From an uncultured Nitrospiraceae bacterium (lineage in GTDB: Bacteria > Nitrospirota > Nitrospiria > Nitrospirales > Nitrospiraceae), in assembly GCA_963730935.1 (NCBI GenBank), contig CAVSTP010000004.1, forward strand, positions 224,001-288,000: a stretch of 64,000 nt of DNA. The letters run 5' to 3'. The notes under the pieces are model-generated. The model was not told the DNA's origin. It did not search any database and saw only the letters and a program-made list of their open reading frames with translations. Made by a program: the position numbers and the translations under genes. The stretch's first letter is position 1; every line of letters begins with the position of its first letter. Shown here one piece after another: positions 51,398 to 60,432 of this stretch.

Positions 51398-52539
51398 GTT
51401 GCCTCCTTAAATGTTGAATATGACTGTGAGTGACGGAAAGGAACGGTACGGGGCGGGCTACCCTGGGATGAGAGGACCGGCTTTCTTTAGCAATCTAAGA
51501 AACATGGGCGTCCAGAGGTCAAGAGGTCTGAGACGGGGGAGACAGTCGGCAAGGGTTCCTCCCATGAATGAGTACGCCGGAATCATAAAGACACTGGTAG
51601 AATTTCTATTCAAATTCAATCTGCCCAGAAAAATTTCGAGAGTTGTACAGAGGTTTTCCCAGGATGAGTACTCGGAAAATCCCTGGTTGTTTTTCACATT
51701 TTCACACAATCACTCGTTTGAGCCTCCCTGACCTTATTTCCCTCTTTGCTATTTGGACTGCTTCGCGATCGTTTCGGTTCGGTTCTTCCACCCATCACAT
51801 TGCACATCATTTACAATGCCAGGATATTTTATGCTCACTGGCGGTTCGTCCTTGTTTGAGCATCCGGTTGGGACAATGCGATACCATGGTGGGGCCCCCA
51901 GTCGCTTAGCGCACAACTTCAGCAAATGCCGGACACGCTCGGGCGGCTGCTTTGTCGAGGCTATTCAGCAACGAGAGTCCGACTCTGTGGGTTGCTGTGT
52001 TAGCCCCCCCTGAAACTTGCACGGATTTTTTCGCTTCGCGCGAAAGCAAACCGCCGATTCGTTTTTGGAGTTTATCTTTGAGATTTTGAAATGCGAGGGC
52101 GGGCGGAGTCAGCCTCCGGTTACAGTAGGCGGCGTGCACCCATGGCGAGACCATGCAAAGCTGAACGAAATAACCATGAAACATCCGACAGCGCCATCCA
52201 ACACTCCCGCAAGAACACATGAACACAACTTGCAAATATCGCCCAGGAAGTATTGGAGCACCCGACTTCGAACAGGTTACCCTCTGCTGAACGATGTTCA
52301 TTTGGTCGCGTTCTGCCTCGCATAGTTTTTACTCCCTCGCTTTGCTTTTCACTTCCCAGGTAGAGCCTAACGCTGCGGATAGACTAGGGCGAATTGAAGG
52401 CTCCGAGATAGGTCGACCGCTTCTCTCACAGTTGTCGGCGGTCGGGCCTTCCAGGAGCCGTCGGCATCTGGCATGGAGGGAAATTATCCTGGACTCCTAG
52501 TAAAACGGTGTCAAGTGGGGAAAACTGGGGATACAGGCC

Positions 52540-52780
52540 CGTCCAGGGTGTTTCTCTACCTGGAGACACTTCAATCGCTCGAACCGTCTCACCGAGGCGC
52601 TGCTGGTCCAGCAATTCCATCTATGAATTCCATCCCAAAGTCTTGGCCATCTGACCATCTGATCTCCGCCCGAGATACGTCGAGCGGACGGTCGTACTTG
52701 GGTATGTCAATCAGCACTGCTAGGCAGTCATCATTCTTAACCATGAACGATGTGCGGACTCTGCATCCAGCGATTGAAAG
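52540..52780 (-). pseudogene. 5'-truncated, frameshifted PilZ gene
   Basis: SIAGCRV...AEIRWSDGQDFGMEFI / shift / MELLDQQRLGETVR; N-terminus replaced by att-arm sequence. Confidence 0.6.
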
Positions 52781-52860
52781 ACGTCTCGGTGGAACCGTGA
52801 CCAAAACCGTGACCACAGAAAAGCAGGAAGTTGGGGAGAAAGCTGAAGCTGTTGATTTAG

Positions 52861-52936
52861 TGGTGCGCCCGACAGGACTTGAACCTGTAACCCCCAGATC
52901 CGTAGTCTGGTGCTCTATCCATTGAGCTACGGGCGC
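52861..52936 (-). tRNA. tRNA-Arg (anticodon ACG)
   Basis: GCGCCCGTAGCTCAATGGATAGAGCACCAGACTACGGATCTGGGGGTTACAGGTTCAAGTCCTGTCGGGCGCACCA folds as a cloverleaf with encoded CCA. Confidence 0.98.
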
Positions 52937-53115
52937 GTCGAGAGATGCTTCCGAGTTATGAGTTGTGAGTTAACGGCTCGAGGGCGCTAAGGGGTAGGCG
53001 GGAAACCGCAGCGACCTGCTACTGACCTCAGCACTCATCACTCAGTGATGCAGCAGCCAGCGGTTATACAGGGCGAGAGGTTGACTGGTCAAGGGTGAGC
53101 AGGTCGAACATCCTT

Positions 53116-54093
53116 CTAGAAGACTGTTTTGCTGACTTCTGAACTGTGGAGACTCTCGGTTCCTTCGGTATCAACCGCGGTGACCGAGAAGTAATATGTG
53201 CGCCCGCCTGTGAGATTACCGATGGTATATGTGGTGGCGTTCCCCACCGCGAGCGGTGTCCCATAGCCACCTGATTGTGTGCCCATGTAGACTTTGTATC
53301 CCGCGACATTGGTCTCCGAATTGGCATCCCAGCTGAGGGTCGCCGTACCAGTGCTGGTTGGCATTGCCAGGGTAAGGGTCACGGGGATCGCTTGAGGACT
53401 ATTGGAAGATCCTGACGCGCTGACGGTGATCACTGTGCTGTACGATCCCGCGGCCAGACCGGTGGTCGAGACGCTTGCGCTGATGCTATCGGTCTCGGTC
53501 GTCGTCGTGCCGCTCGAGATATTAAGGGCAAGCCACGCGGCCGGCTCGGTCATCGTCCACGTCAACGTCCCGCCGGTCGGATTCGACAGCGTAATTGGTT
53601 TCGCGAGCGGCGGCGGACCTCCAGCCACGCCTGAAAAGTTCAGACTCGTCGGATTGAGCAACATGCTCGGCGTGACAGCGGCAGTTCCGCCGGTGACCAC
53701 AAGCTTGACCGGCACGGCTGTAATTTGTGTTCTCTTCTTATCGTCAATGGCGATGCGGATTGTCCCATTATAGGTACCCGCGACCATCCCAGCTGCGTTG
53801 ACTTGGACAACAATCTGATCCTGCTCGCGTGCGATCGTTCCTGATGCAGGGCTGATCGTCATCCAGGCCGTGTCGCCCGACGAATTCCAGGCCCGTGGAA
53901 CCAGAGATTTGCTGCTGAACGTCACCGTTTGAGAGGCCGGTGTGGGACTCGTGCTTGATGCAGCATAGGAGAGCGCCGTCGGGGCGACCGGGAATGCGAG
54001 TCCTTCCGATGTCATTGCAAGCGCGCTCGAAGCAGCGAGGAACAATGCCGTTCGGAGAGTGGTGACAACCGCCGCAGCGTTGATGTGATGCAT
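53116..54093 (-). CDS. secreted BACON/Ig-like + fibronectin type III protein
   Basis: Signal peptide, two AWL/M...SG repeats and ATLSWD...GYKVY...YYFSVTA; RBS GGAGGG. Confidence 0.85.
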   Translation of the reverse strand: MHHINAAAVVTTLRTALFLAASSALAMTSEGLAFPVAPTALSYAASSTSPTPASQTVTFSSKSLVPRAWNSSGDTAWMTISPASGTIAREQDQIVVQVNAAGMVAGTYNGTIRIAIDDKKRTQITAVPVKLVVTGGTAAVTPSMLLNPTSLNFSGVAGGPPPLAKPITLSNPTGGTLTWTMTEPAAWLALNISSGTTTTETDSISASVSTTGLAAGSYSTVITVSASGSSNSPQAIPVTLTLAMPTSTGTATLSWDANSETNVAGYKVYMGTQSGGYGTPLAVGNATTYTIGNLTGGRTYYFSVTAVDTEGTESLHSSEVSKTVF

Positions 54094-54122
54094 CGCCCCC
54101 TCCTGTTGGTCGTGTGGAACGT

Positions 54123-54138
54123 AGCAACGCACATGCCA
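54123..54138 (-). promoter_or_regulatory. sigma-54 promoter
   Basis: TGGCATGTGCGTTGCT, near-perfect -24/-12 consensus upstream of the Fn3 gene. Confidence 0.8.
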
Positions 54139-54354
54139 GTCCGACCAAGGGACACCTTGTCCAGCGCCGCACGAAATTCTTTGAAATCATGACCAGCGTG
54201 AAGCGTCCGAAGGAAATCTCTGTAGGGACGACCAACCATTGTTGTGCAGCCTTGAGCATTCCGAGAGGGTTGTCATGCAAGAACAATAAAATAATGTTCA
54301 GATTCTCCAAACTCCAGTAGGATAGGCCTAGCGTTTTCAGGAACTCGGTCGGAC

Positions 54355-54621
54355 ATGCCAAACCTCCATATCGTTTCGGATACCGCTGTGCCTGCCGCCG
54401 GTCCAAGACCGGTCGTCTTTCCGCTCAAACTGGTCTTGCAATGGTGTATCGGCATCCTTGCAGCCTTCGCGCTGGGGAGCTGGCTTGTCTGGTGGGCCGC
54501 CCTGGTGCAGCGCGCCTTTTCGCTCGAGGACATCCGGTCGGCCTGTCAGCGCGTGATGCCGGAATCTGTGGACCGCTGCGTCGACACGGTTACGATCCAA
54601 CGAGGAGGCGCTCGACGATGA
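54355..54621 (+). CDS. small membrane protein
   Basis: One TM helix; ATGA overlap with the next gene. Confidence 0.6.
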   Translation: MPNLHIVSDTAVPAAGPRPVVFPLKLVLQWCIGILAAFALGSWLVWWAALVQRAFSLEDIRSACQRVMPESVDRCVDTVTIQRGGARR

Positions 54622-55622
54622 AACTGTGGATCGCTGTCGTCGCACTGCTCATGCTGGCAGGCGTCGAAAGCCAGGCGGTGTTGGCCCAAGACACGGAGGA
54701 ACGGCGGCCGAGATTCGAGCTGGGTCTCGGGGCCTGGATCAGTACCGGAGAAACCAAGTGGGCGCACAACGCGTCGTCAATTCCGGGACTTGGCAATCCG
54801 ACCTCGAAACTGACGTACGAAGACTCCGGGACCAACGTCTTCGAACTCACCGCGAAGCTATGGATCACTCCCAAGTGGTTCGGGCGACTGACCGGCGGAT
54901 ACGCCGGAATCGGCGGCGGACGTTTGACCGACGACGATTACCTGGCTGTCGACGGTGGAGCGCCGTCATCGCAAACGATCAGCGATATCTCCGGCGACAG
55001 CATGTGGTATCTCAATGCGGAGGTCGGCAGGCGGATTGTGGAGTTCCCTCACTCTCGAGGCTACTTGGACGTCTTCGGCGGCTACCAGTACTGGTACCAG
55101 CGCTATACGGCCAATGGACTAGGGCAGGTGTCTTGCTCGACGGCCGGGCAAACCGTGGATCTGGATCCCAGCTCGCCCGGCAATCAGCCTTTGTGCAATC
55201 CGAACAGCTCAGTCAGCAGCACCATTCCCGTCATCACCAATACGACGCAATGGCACTCGATCCGGGTTGGAGGAACGATCGAATACCGGTTCACGCGCCG
55301 GTTGAGCCTGCAAAGCACCGTGGCATTGATTCCACTCAGCATCGTGGACAACAAGGATGTCCATCATCTGCGCCCCGACTTGGGTCAAAACCCAAGTCTT
55401 TCGATGTTGGGCTATGGCATCGGTGCCGATGCGGACATCGGTGCGCGCTTCATGATCATTAAAAATCTCTTTGCGAGCGTCGGCTATCGTATCTGGTGGA
55501 ACCAGATGCTTGATGGCAACGTGACCTTTTACAACTCGAACGGCTCCTCGGATCAATTTCCGCTCACGGAGTTCCAGACGTTCCGTCACGGCCTCACGTT
55601 TGGCTTGAACTATTCTTTCTAG
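54618..55622 (+). CDS. outer-membrane beta-barrel (omptin-like)
   Basis: RBS GAGGAGG; signal peptide; SKLTY, LTDDDY and C-terminal GLNYSF. Confidence 0.75.
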   Translation: MKLWIAVVALLMLAGVESQAVLAQDTEERRPRFELGLGAWISTGETKWAHNASSIPGLGNPTSKLTYEDSGTNVFELTAKLWITPKWFGRLTGGYAGIGGGRLTDDDYLAVDGGAPSSQTISDISGDSMWYLNAEVGRRIVEFPHSRGYLDVFGGYQYWYQRYTANGLGQVSCSTAGQTVDLDPSSPGNQPLCNPNSSVSSTIPVITNTTQWHSIRVGGTIEYRFTRRLSLQSTVALIPLSIVDNKDVHHLRPDLGQNPSLSMLGYGIGADADIGARFMIIKNLFASVGYRIWWNQMLDGNVTFYNSNGSSDQFPLTEFQTFRHGLTFGLNYSF

Positions 55623-55653
55623 GGTACTGTTTATGAGCGGGCAGACTGCGTTT

Positions 55654-56712
55654 TCAACGGCGGCGGCCGGAAGGCATGGTTTCGTCCTCGTAGCGGGTGA
55701 ACAGACGTCTGGCTTCGGGATGCAAGTAGTTTGGGTGGCCGTGGGGAATGCCGATTGTTCGGAAAAGCGGTGTCAGCTTGCCGTCCGGATGAAGGTAGCC
55801 GGCCCGTAAAGGTACCGTCCGCTTGCTGTGTTTGATTAGGTAGCAGGGGGTAGTTCGGATGGATGTCAGCCAGTCGGCGATATCGTGCGGATTACCGATC
55901 GAGGCGGAGAGGAGCAAGAGCCTCGCTTGAGACGGGCAGAAAATAATGGTTTCTTCCCAGACGACTCCACGCTCCGGGTCCGCGAGGTACTGGGATTCGT
56001 CCATGATCACGAGCCCTAAGGTGTCGAGCCGCAAATCGATTTCTCCACCGGCTGCGTCGTAGAGCAGATTGCGCAGGATCTCGGTGGTCATGATCAATAG
56101 CGGCGCCTGTGCGTTGTCGCGCCGGTCGCCCGTCAGAATCCCGACCCGTTCTGCGCCGAAGATGCGAGAAAATTCCGTGTATTTCGTGTTCGACAGCGCC
56201 TTGAGCGGCGAGGTATAGATCACTGTGCGGTTTTCCTCCATGGCGCGCCGCGCCGCCTCCACGGCGACGTAGGTTTTTCCGCTTCCCGTCGGCACGCTCA
56301 CGATCACGTCGCCCTGTTGCAACTTTGCCAGCGCCTCTTCCTGCCAGGGGTCGGGAACGAACGGCTGCGGTGGAGGCACGCCGATCCCTTCCAACCAGGC
56401 GCCCAGTGCAATGGGAGGTTCATGGTGTTCCGGCTCGTGATGGGTGGGATGAGAGCGACCGCCCGCCGCTGCTCTCGGCCGCTCAACGGCGGGGCGTACG
56501 GCGGGTCTAACTGGCTGGGACCTCCGGTCGGCGATCAACGCCAGTAAATCCGACTCGAACCCTTGGCGGTTTTCTGCCGAATGTCGCAGCAATAGCTCGA
56601 TCAGCCGGCGCTTCCCAGCACGAAAATGCCGATGCACCCGGCCGCTTGCGAGCCGATGGAGAAGATCAACCGGTTGTTCGGCGAGAATCCGTTCGAGTTC
56701 TTCAGTGGTCAC
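55654..56712 (-). CDS. Ski2/HelY-like SF2 helicase, N-terminal (RecA1) half
   Basis: PTGSGKT, SPLKALSN, TTEILRN, DESQ and LSAS. Confidence 0.9.
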   Translation of the reverse strand: MTTEELERILAEQPVDLLHRLASGRVHRHFRAGKRRLIELLLRHSAENRQGFESDLLALIADRRSQPVRPAVRPAVERPRAAAGGRSHPTHHEPEHHEPPIALGAWLEGIGVPPPQPFVPDPWQEEALAKLQQGDVIVSVPTGSGKTYVAVEAARRAMEENRTVIYTSPLKALSNTKYTEFSRIFGAERVGILTGDRRDNAQAPLLIMTTEILRNLLYDAAGGEIDLRLDTLGLVIMDESQYLADPERGVVWEETIIFCPSQARLLLLSASIGNPHDIADWLTSIRTTPCYLIKHSKRTVPLRAGYLHPDGKLTPLFRTIGIPHGHPNYLHPEARRLFTRYEDETMPSGRRR

Positions 56713-56730
56713 GAGTGCGCTCGATCCTTG

Positions 56731-58587
56731 TCATGGAAGCTCTTCCAACACGCCCCGACGCAGTGTCGCAATCGCCTGGGAGGCGCTCTCCGCCAGCGAC
56801 GGGTGCGTGTCCCTCAACCCATGCAGCTGCGAGAGAAATTCCAGGGTCCGCGCGAGTAGCCGATAGATGTCACCTTCCGCCATCGTGGTTTTCTTGCACA
56901 GTCCGATCCACGTAAGCGTAGGATCGCCAATCCACTGTTCGGTGATCGCGGCGATATCGGCCCGGAGAAGCGGAGGATCTTCGAATGGCGAGAGCGATTC
57001 AGCCAATTTTCGCACCTGCGCCAGCAGAGAGGCCAGGCCCGGGCTGATGCGGGGGAATGCGCCCGGACGGTCATCGTCGTGCGCAATACTCGACATGACA
57101 GCTGCCAATAATGCCGGCGAGGCGCCCGAGAAGGCTTCCGCACGGACGAGCTCCGTGATCAAGAGCGAATGGTCGATGCGGATGAGCCTGGCCCATTCAC
57201 CGGTTTCCGTCAGTTGCACGGTGGGCGAGAGGTAGCCGAAGCGCTGCAGGGCATCGATCTTTTCCTGAAAGCGGTGCCACAGACTGGTTCGGAGCGCCTG
57301 AATCGCTTTCATATGACGCTGTTGTTCCTGACGGAGCTTTGAGGCATGTGCGTGATCTTTCTGACAGGCGGACCGTGACGGACAGGTGGGGCAGGAAAAA
57401 TCACCTAACGTCTGCACGATAGCGTCGGGAATCAACTCCTCTTTGGGAACCAGGATCGGCAGGACGGGCAGGCGAGGGGGCAATTCTTCCAATGCTCGGA
57501 TGAGCTGTTCGATGCTTTCCGGCGTGCACCAGGGATAGACCGGCGCTTCCACGCAGTCCAGCACATGGTCGAACACTTCGGTGACGATCGCCGCCGGACA
57601 TTCCGTGATCGCGCCTCCCGGTCGCAGCAACGTCACCATTGGACTTTTCTGTCCCTTGCTCCGGTATTGTCTTAATACGACACCGCGGCTTTTTGAGAGG
57701 CCAGCCACGCGTCCGGCTGTGAGGAAATGAAACCGCGCCGCTACCTCAGGCGGCTCATGTCTTCTGACCGGTGTCCGGTGCGACCGTTGACGGCGGACGT
57801 GGTCGAACAGCTGCCATTGGGAAATCCAGTCGGTGCAGACACGGGGGCCGTAGGGCTCGAGCTGCCGGTGAATGTCGTCGAGTTTTCGTTCGAGCACCTC
57901 GGCACGCTGATTCAGTTGGAATTGGGCAAAACTCTTTGCGAGGATCGGTTGCATCTGATCGAGTGGATGGGCCTTGAGCAGATTCAACACCATCGGATAG
58001 CTGATCACGAACTGGCTGTTGATCGCTTCCGGCTGCCCCGTCAGGCCCTTGGTGATGACGCCAAGATCGATATAGGGCGAGGGTGTGACGATCGCAAACC
58101 CCACGAGATCTTTCCCGCGACGACCCGCGCGGCCGGCGACCTGCTGTACTTCGCCGATCGTGAGGTCCGTAAAATCGCGCGCTTTGCGGATACTGGATTG
58201 GGTAATGACCACTGTCCGCGCGGGAAAATCGACGCCCGCCGCCAAGGTTGTCGTGGCAAACACCGCGTCGAGACAGCCGTTGCGCATCAACTCCTCGACG
58301 GCGATTTTCCAGGAAGGCAGATGGCCAGCATGATGCGCTGCGACACCGATGCGCTGGACCGTCGGAATCAGCGGATGCTCGGCGATGCTCGGATATTGGT
58401 CGATGACCTGCTTGAGGACATTGCCGATTGCCTCCTGGCGGGCCGGAGGCAGGAACGAGCGCGTATGATCGAAGGACTCCATCGCTTCATCGCAGGCGCG
58501 TCTCGACGTCAGGAACACGATGGCCGGGGTGAGGTGTTTCTGTCGAAGGGCTTCGATCAGGTCAACCGGATGTATCGAGGGAGGCAT
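56731..58587 (-). CDS. Ski2/HelY-like SF2 helicase, C-terminal (RecA2 + DSHCT-like) half
   Basis: IVFLTSRRACD, HHAGHLP, TTTLAAGVDFPA, QVAGRAGRRG and EGDIYR. Confidence 0.9.
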   Translation of the reverse strand: MPPSIHPVDLIEALRQKHLTPAIVFLTSRRACDEAMESFDHTRSFLPPARQEAIGNVLKQVIDQYPSIAEHPLIPTVQRIGVAAHHAGHLPSWKIAVEELMRNGCLDAVFATTTLAAGVDFPARTVVITQSSIRKARDFTDLTIGEVQQVAGRAGRRGKDLVGFAIVTPSPYIDLGVITKGLTGQPEAINSQFVISYPMVLNLLKAHPLDQMQPILAKSFAQFQLNQRAEVLERKLDDIHRQLEPYGPRVCTDWISQWQLFDHVRRQRSHRTPVRRHEPPEVAARFHFLTAGRVAGLSKSRGVVLRQYRSKGQKSPMVTLLRPGGAITECPAAIVTEVFDHVLDCVEAPVYPWCTPESIEQLIRALEELPPRLPVLPILVPKEELIPDAIVQTLGDFSCPTCPSRSACQKDHAHASKLRQEQQRHMKAIQALRTSLWHRFQEKIDALQRFGYLSPTVQLTETGEWARLIRIDHSLLITELVRAEAFSGASPALLAAVMSSIAHDDDRPGAFPRISPGLASLLAQVRKLAESLSPFEDPPLLRADIAAITEQWIGDPTLTWIGLCKKTTMAEGDIYRLLARTLEFLSQLHGLRDTHPSLAESASQAIATLRRGVLEELP

Positions 58588-59800
58588 TCAGCTTCATACC
58601 CTTCGAAATGACGACAAGACCGGATTCTGTGACTTTGAAGCGTTGTGCATCGGCGGCGAGGTCGTATCCAATCTCGGTCTTGGGCGGGATACTCACGTCC
58701 TTGTCGATGATGGCGCGCCTGATGCGGCACTGTTCGCCGATCACCACATTTTCCATGATCACCGACTCCCGGACATCCGCGTGGTCTTGAACTCGAACGT
58801 TGGGGGAGAGGACTGAGGTCTGGACTCGGCCGCCGGCGATGATGCACCCGCCGCACACAATAGAGTCCAAGGCGACGCCCATGCGGCCGCCCTGGTAATC
58901 CTGCGCGAACACGAACTTGGCGGGCGGGAATTGGCCTTGATACGTGCGGATGGGCCACTGCTGGTCGTACAGATTGAACAGCGGATCGACGGCGACCAAA
59001 TCGAGGTTGGCTTCCCAGTAGGCGTCCAGCGTCCCGATATCGCGCCAGTACTTGACAGCCTTCTTATTGGCGTCCTGGAAATTGTACGCATAGACCCGGC
59101 GAGAGCCGATCATGCGCGGAATGATGTTCCGGCCGAAATCGTGCGGCGTGTTCTCCTGGGCATCGGCGATCAACTCCTCCCGCAAGCTTTTCGCGCGGAA
59201 GAGGTAGATGCCCATGGAGGCAAAGGCTTTGGAGGGATCGCCGGGAATGTGCGTCGCGTTCGAGGGTTTTTCATTGAATTCCTGGACAGCGAAATCCTCG
59301 TCGACGCTCATGATGCCGAACCGCTTGGATTCCTCGATCGGGATGTCCAAGGCGCCGACGACCACGTCCGCGCTCTTGGCGATGAGCCAATGGAACATTT
59401 CCATGTAGTTCATCTTATAGATGTGATCTCCGGCGAGCACGAGCACGTATTCCGGCTGATCGGTGTCGAGCAAGAACAGGTTCTGGTACACGGCATCAGC
59501 AGTGCCGCGATACCATTCTTCGCTGATCCGCTGTTGCGGAGGAATCGACGCGATGTATTCACCCAGCTCGGCGTTATACACATCCCAGCCGGTGCGGATG
59601 TGGCGGTCGAGGGAGTGCGACTTGTACTGAATCAAGACGGCGACTTTCCGCAGTCCGGAGTTCAGGCAGTTGCTGAGTGTGAAGTCGATGATGCGGTATT
59701 TCCCCCCGAACGGGACGGCGGGCTTCGCCCGGTGTTCGGTGAGCGGATGCAGCCGTTCGCCGCGGCCTCCGGCCAGCACCATCGTAAAGATATTCTGCAT
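58562..59800 (-). CDS. glgC: glucose-1-phosphate adenylyltransferase
   Basis: LAGGRGERL, RAKPAVPFGG, YRGTADAV, GDHIYKM, SMGIY and YWRDIGT. Confidence 0.97.
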   Translation of the reverse strand: MQNIFTMVLAGGRGERLHPLTEHRAKPAVPFGGKYRIIDFTLSNCLNSGLRKVAVLIQYKSHSLDRHIRTGWDVYNAELGEYIASIPPQQRISEEWYRGTADAVYQNLFLLDTDQPEYVLVLAGDHIYKMNYMEMFHWLIAKSADVVVGALDIPIEESKRFGIMSVDEDFAVQEFNEKPSNATHIPGDPSKAFASMGIYLFRAKSLREELIADAQENTPHDFGRNIIPRMIGSRRVYAYNFQDANKKAVKYWRDIGTLDAYWEANLDLVAVDPLFNLYDQQWPIRTYQGQFPPAKFVFAQDYQGGRMGVALDSIVCGGCIIAGGRVQTSVLSPNVRVQDHADVRESVIMENVVIGEQCRIRRAIIDKDVSIPPKTEIGYDLAADAQRFKVTESGLVVISKGMKLNASLDTSG

Positions 59801-59850
59801 GGCCGCGATTGTAGCAGGAACCCTGAGCAAATAGAAAGAAAGCGAATCCG

Positions 59851-59879
59851 TTGACATCCGCCGTGGGCCAGTTGATACT
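59851..59879 (+). promoter_or_regulatory. sigma-70-type promoter
   Basis: TTGACA-N17-GATACT upstream of 59931. Confidence 0.6.
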
Positions 59880-59930
59880 ACGAACCACGACGGTGATTGT
59901 TCATTGGAGCGGTGGGCTGAAGGGGTGGAT

Positions 59931-60230
59931 ATGAAAGAGGATGTCCTGGTGTCGTCCCTGGCGAAAAAAGTCGTCGCAGCTTCCAAGAAAAAGTCGGTGT
60001 CTGAAGAGGACCAGGAAGGCCTCCGCTGGCGTCTCGAACATCTTGAGTCGCAAATGCAGAAACTCTCCGAACTGGTTCGGGACCATGCGGAAGATGTCGA
60101 CCGCTTGGTCCGGATCGTCGCCGAGGACCGCAACGCGATCCGCCAGCAACTGTTGCGGAAGCATCATGAGCAGGTGCGGGTGCGCAAGCACTTGCGTGCG
60201 TCCAACTCCAAACCCGGTGTAGATCTGTAG
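59931..60230 (+). CDS. small coiled-coil hypothetical protein
   Basis: Heptad-like charged helix; preceded by a promoter and purine-rich RBS. Confidence 0.6.
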   Translation: MKEDVLVSSLAKKVVAASKKKSVSEEDQEGLRWRLEHLESQMQKLSELVRDHAEDVDRLVRIVAEDRNAIRQQLLRKHHEQVRVRKHLRASNSKPGVDL

Positions 60231-60334
60231 TTGCCGGGCCGCTCTTCGCCTACACCCCCTCCGGTAAAAACTTTCACGATGTGCCGACTGCTGGACTACC
60301 TTCAGTAACTAAGTGCTGATTTATCCTCAGATTA

Positions 60335-60363
60335 TTTGCATCGTCTGTCGGACATTGTATAAT
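60335..60363 (+). promoter_or_regulatory. sigma-70-type promoter of efflux operon
   Basis: TTTGCA-N17-TATAAT. Confidence 0.6.
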
Positions 60364-60432
60364 GCAGCTGATTCTATGAGGTGGGTTCCATGATCGCCTC
60401 GACGCGCATTAGTCGTCTGCGAGGAACCATAC

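Larger units (their letters stand above)
38326..52907. mobile_element. ~14.5-kb genomic island integrated at tRNA-Arg(ACG); no intact integrase
   Basis: Bounded by 47-bp direct repeats of the tRNA 3' end; arm-type repeats at both ends. Confidence 0.8.

Noticed and set aside
52473..52925. 150-aa ORF ending ...VRPTGLEPVTPRSVVWCSIH
   Set aside because: Reads antisense through the tRNA and the PilZ remnant; not a real gene
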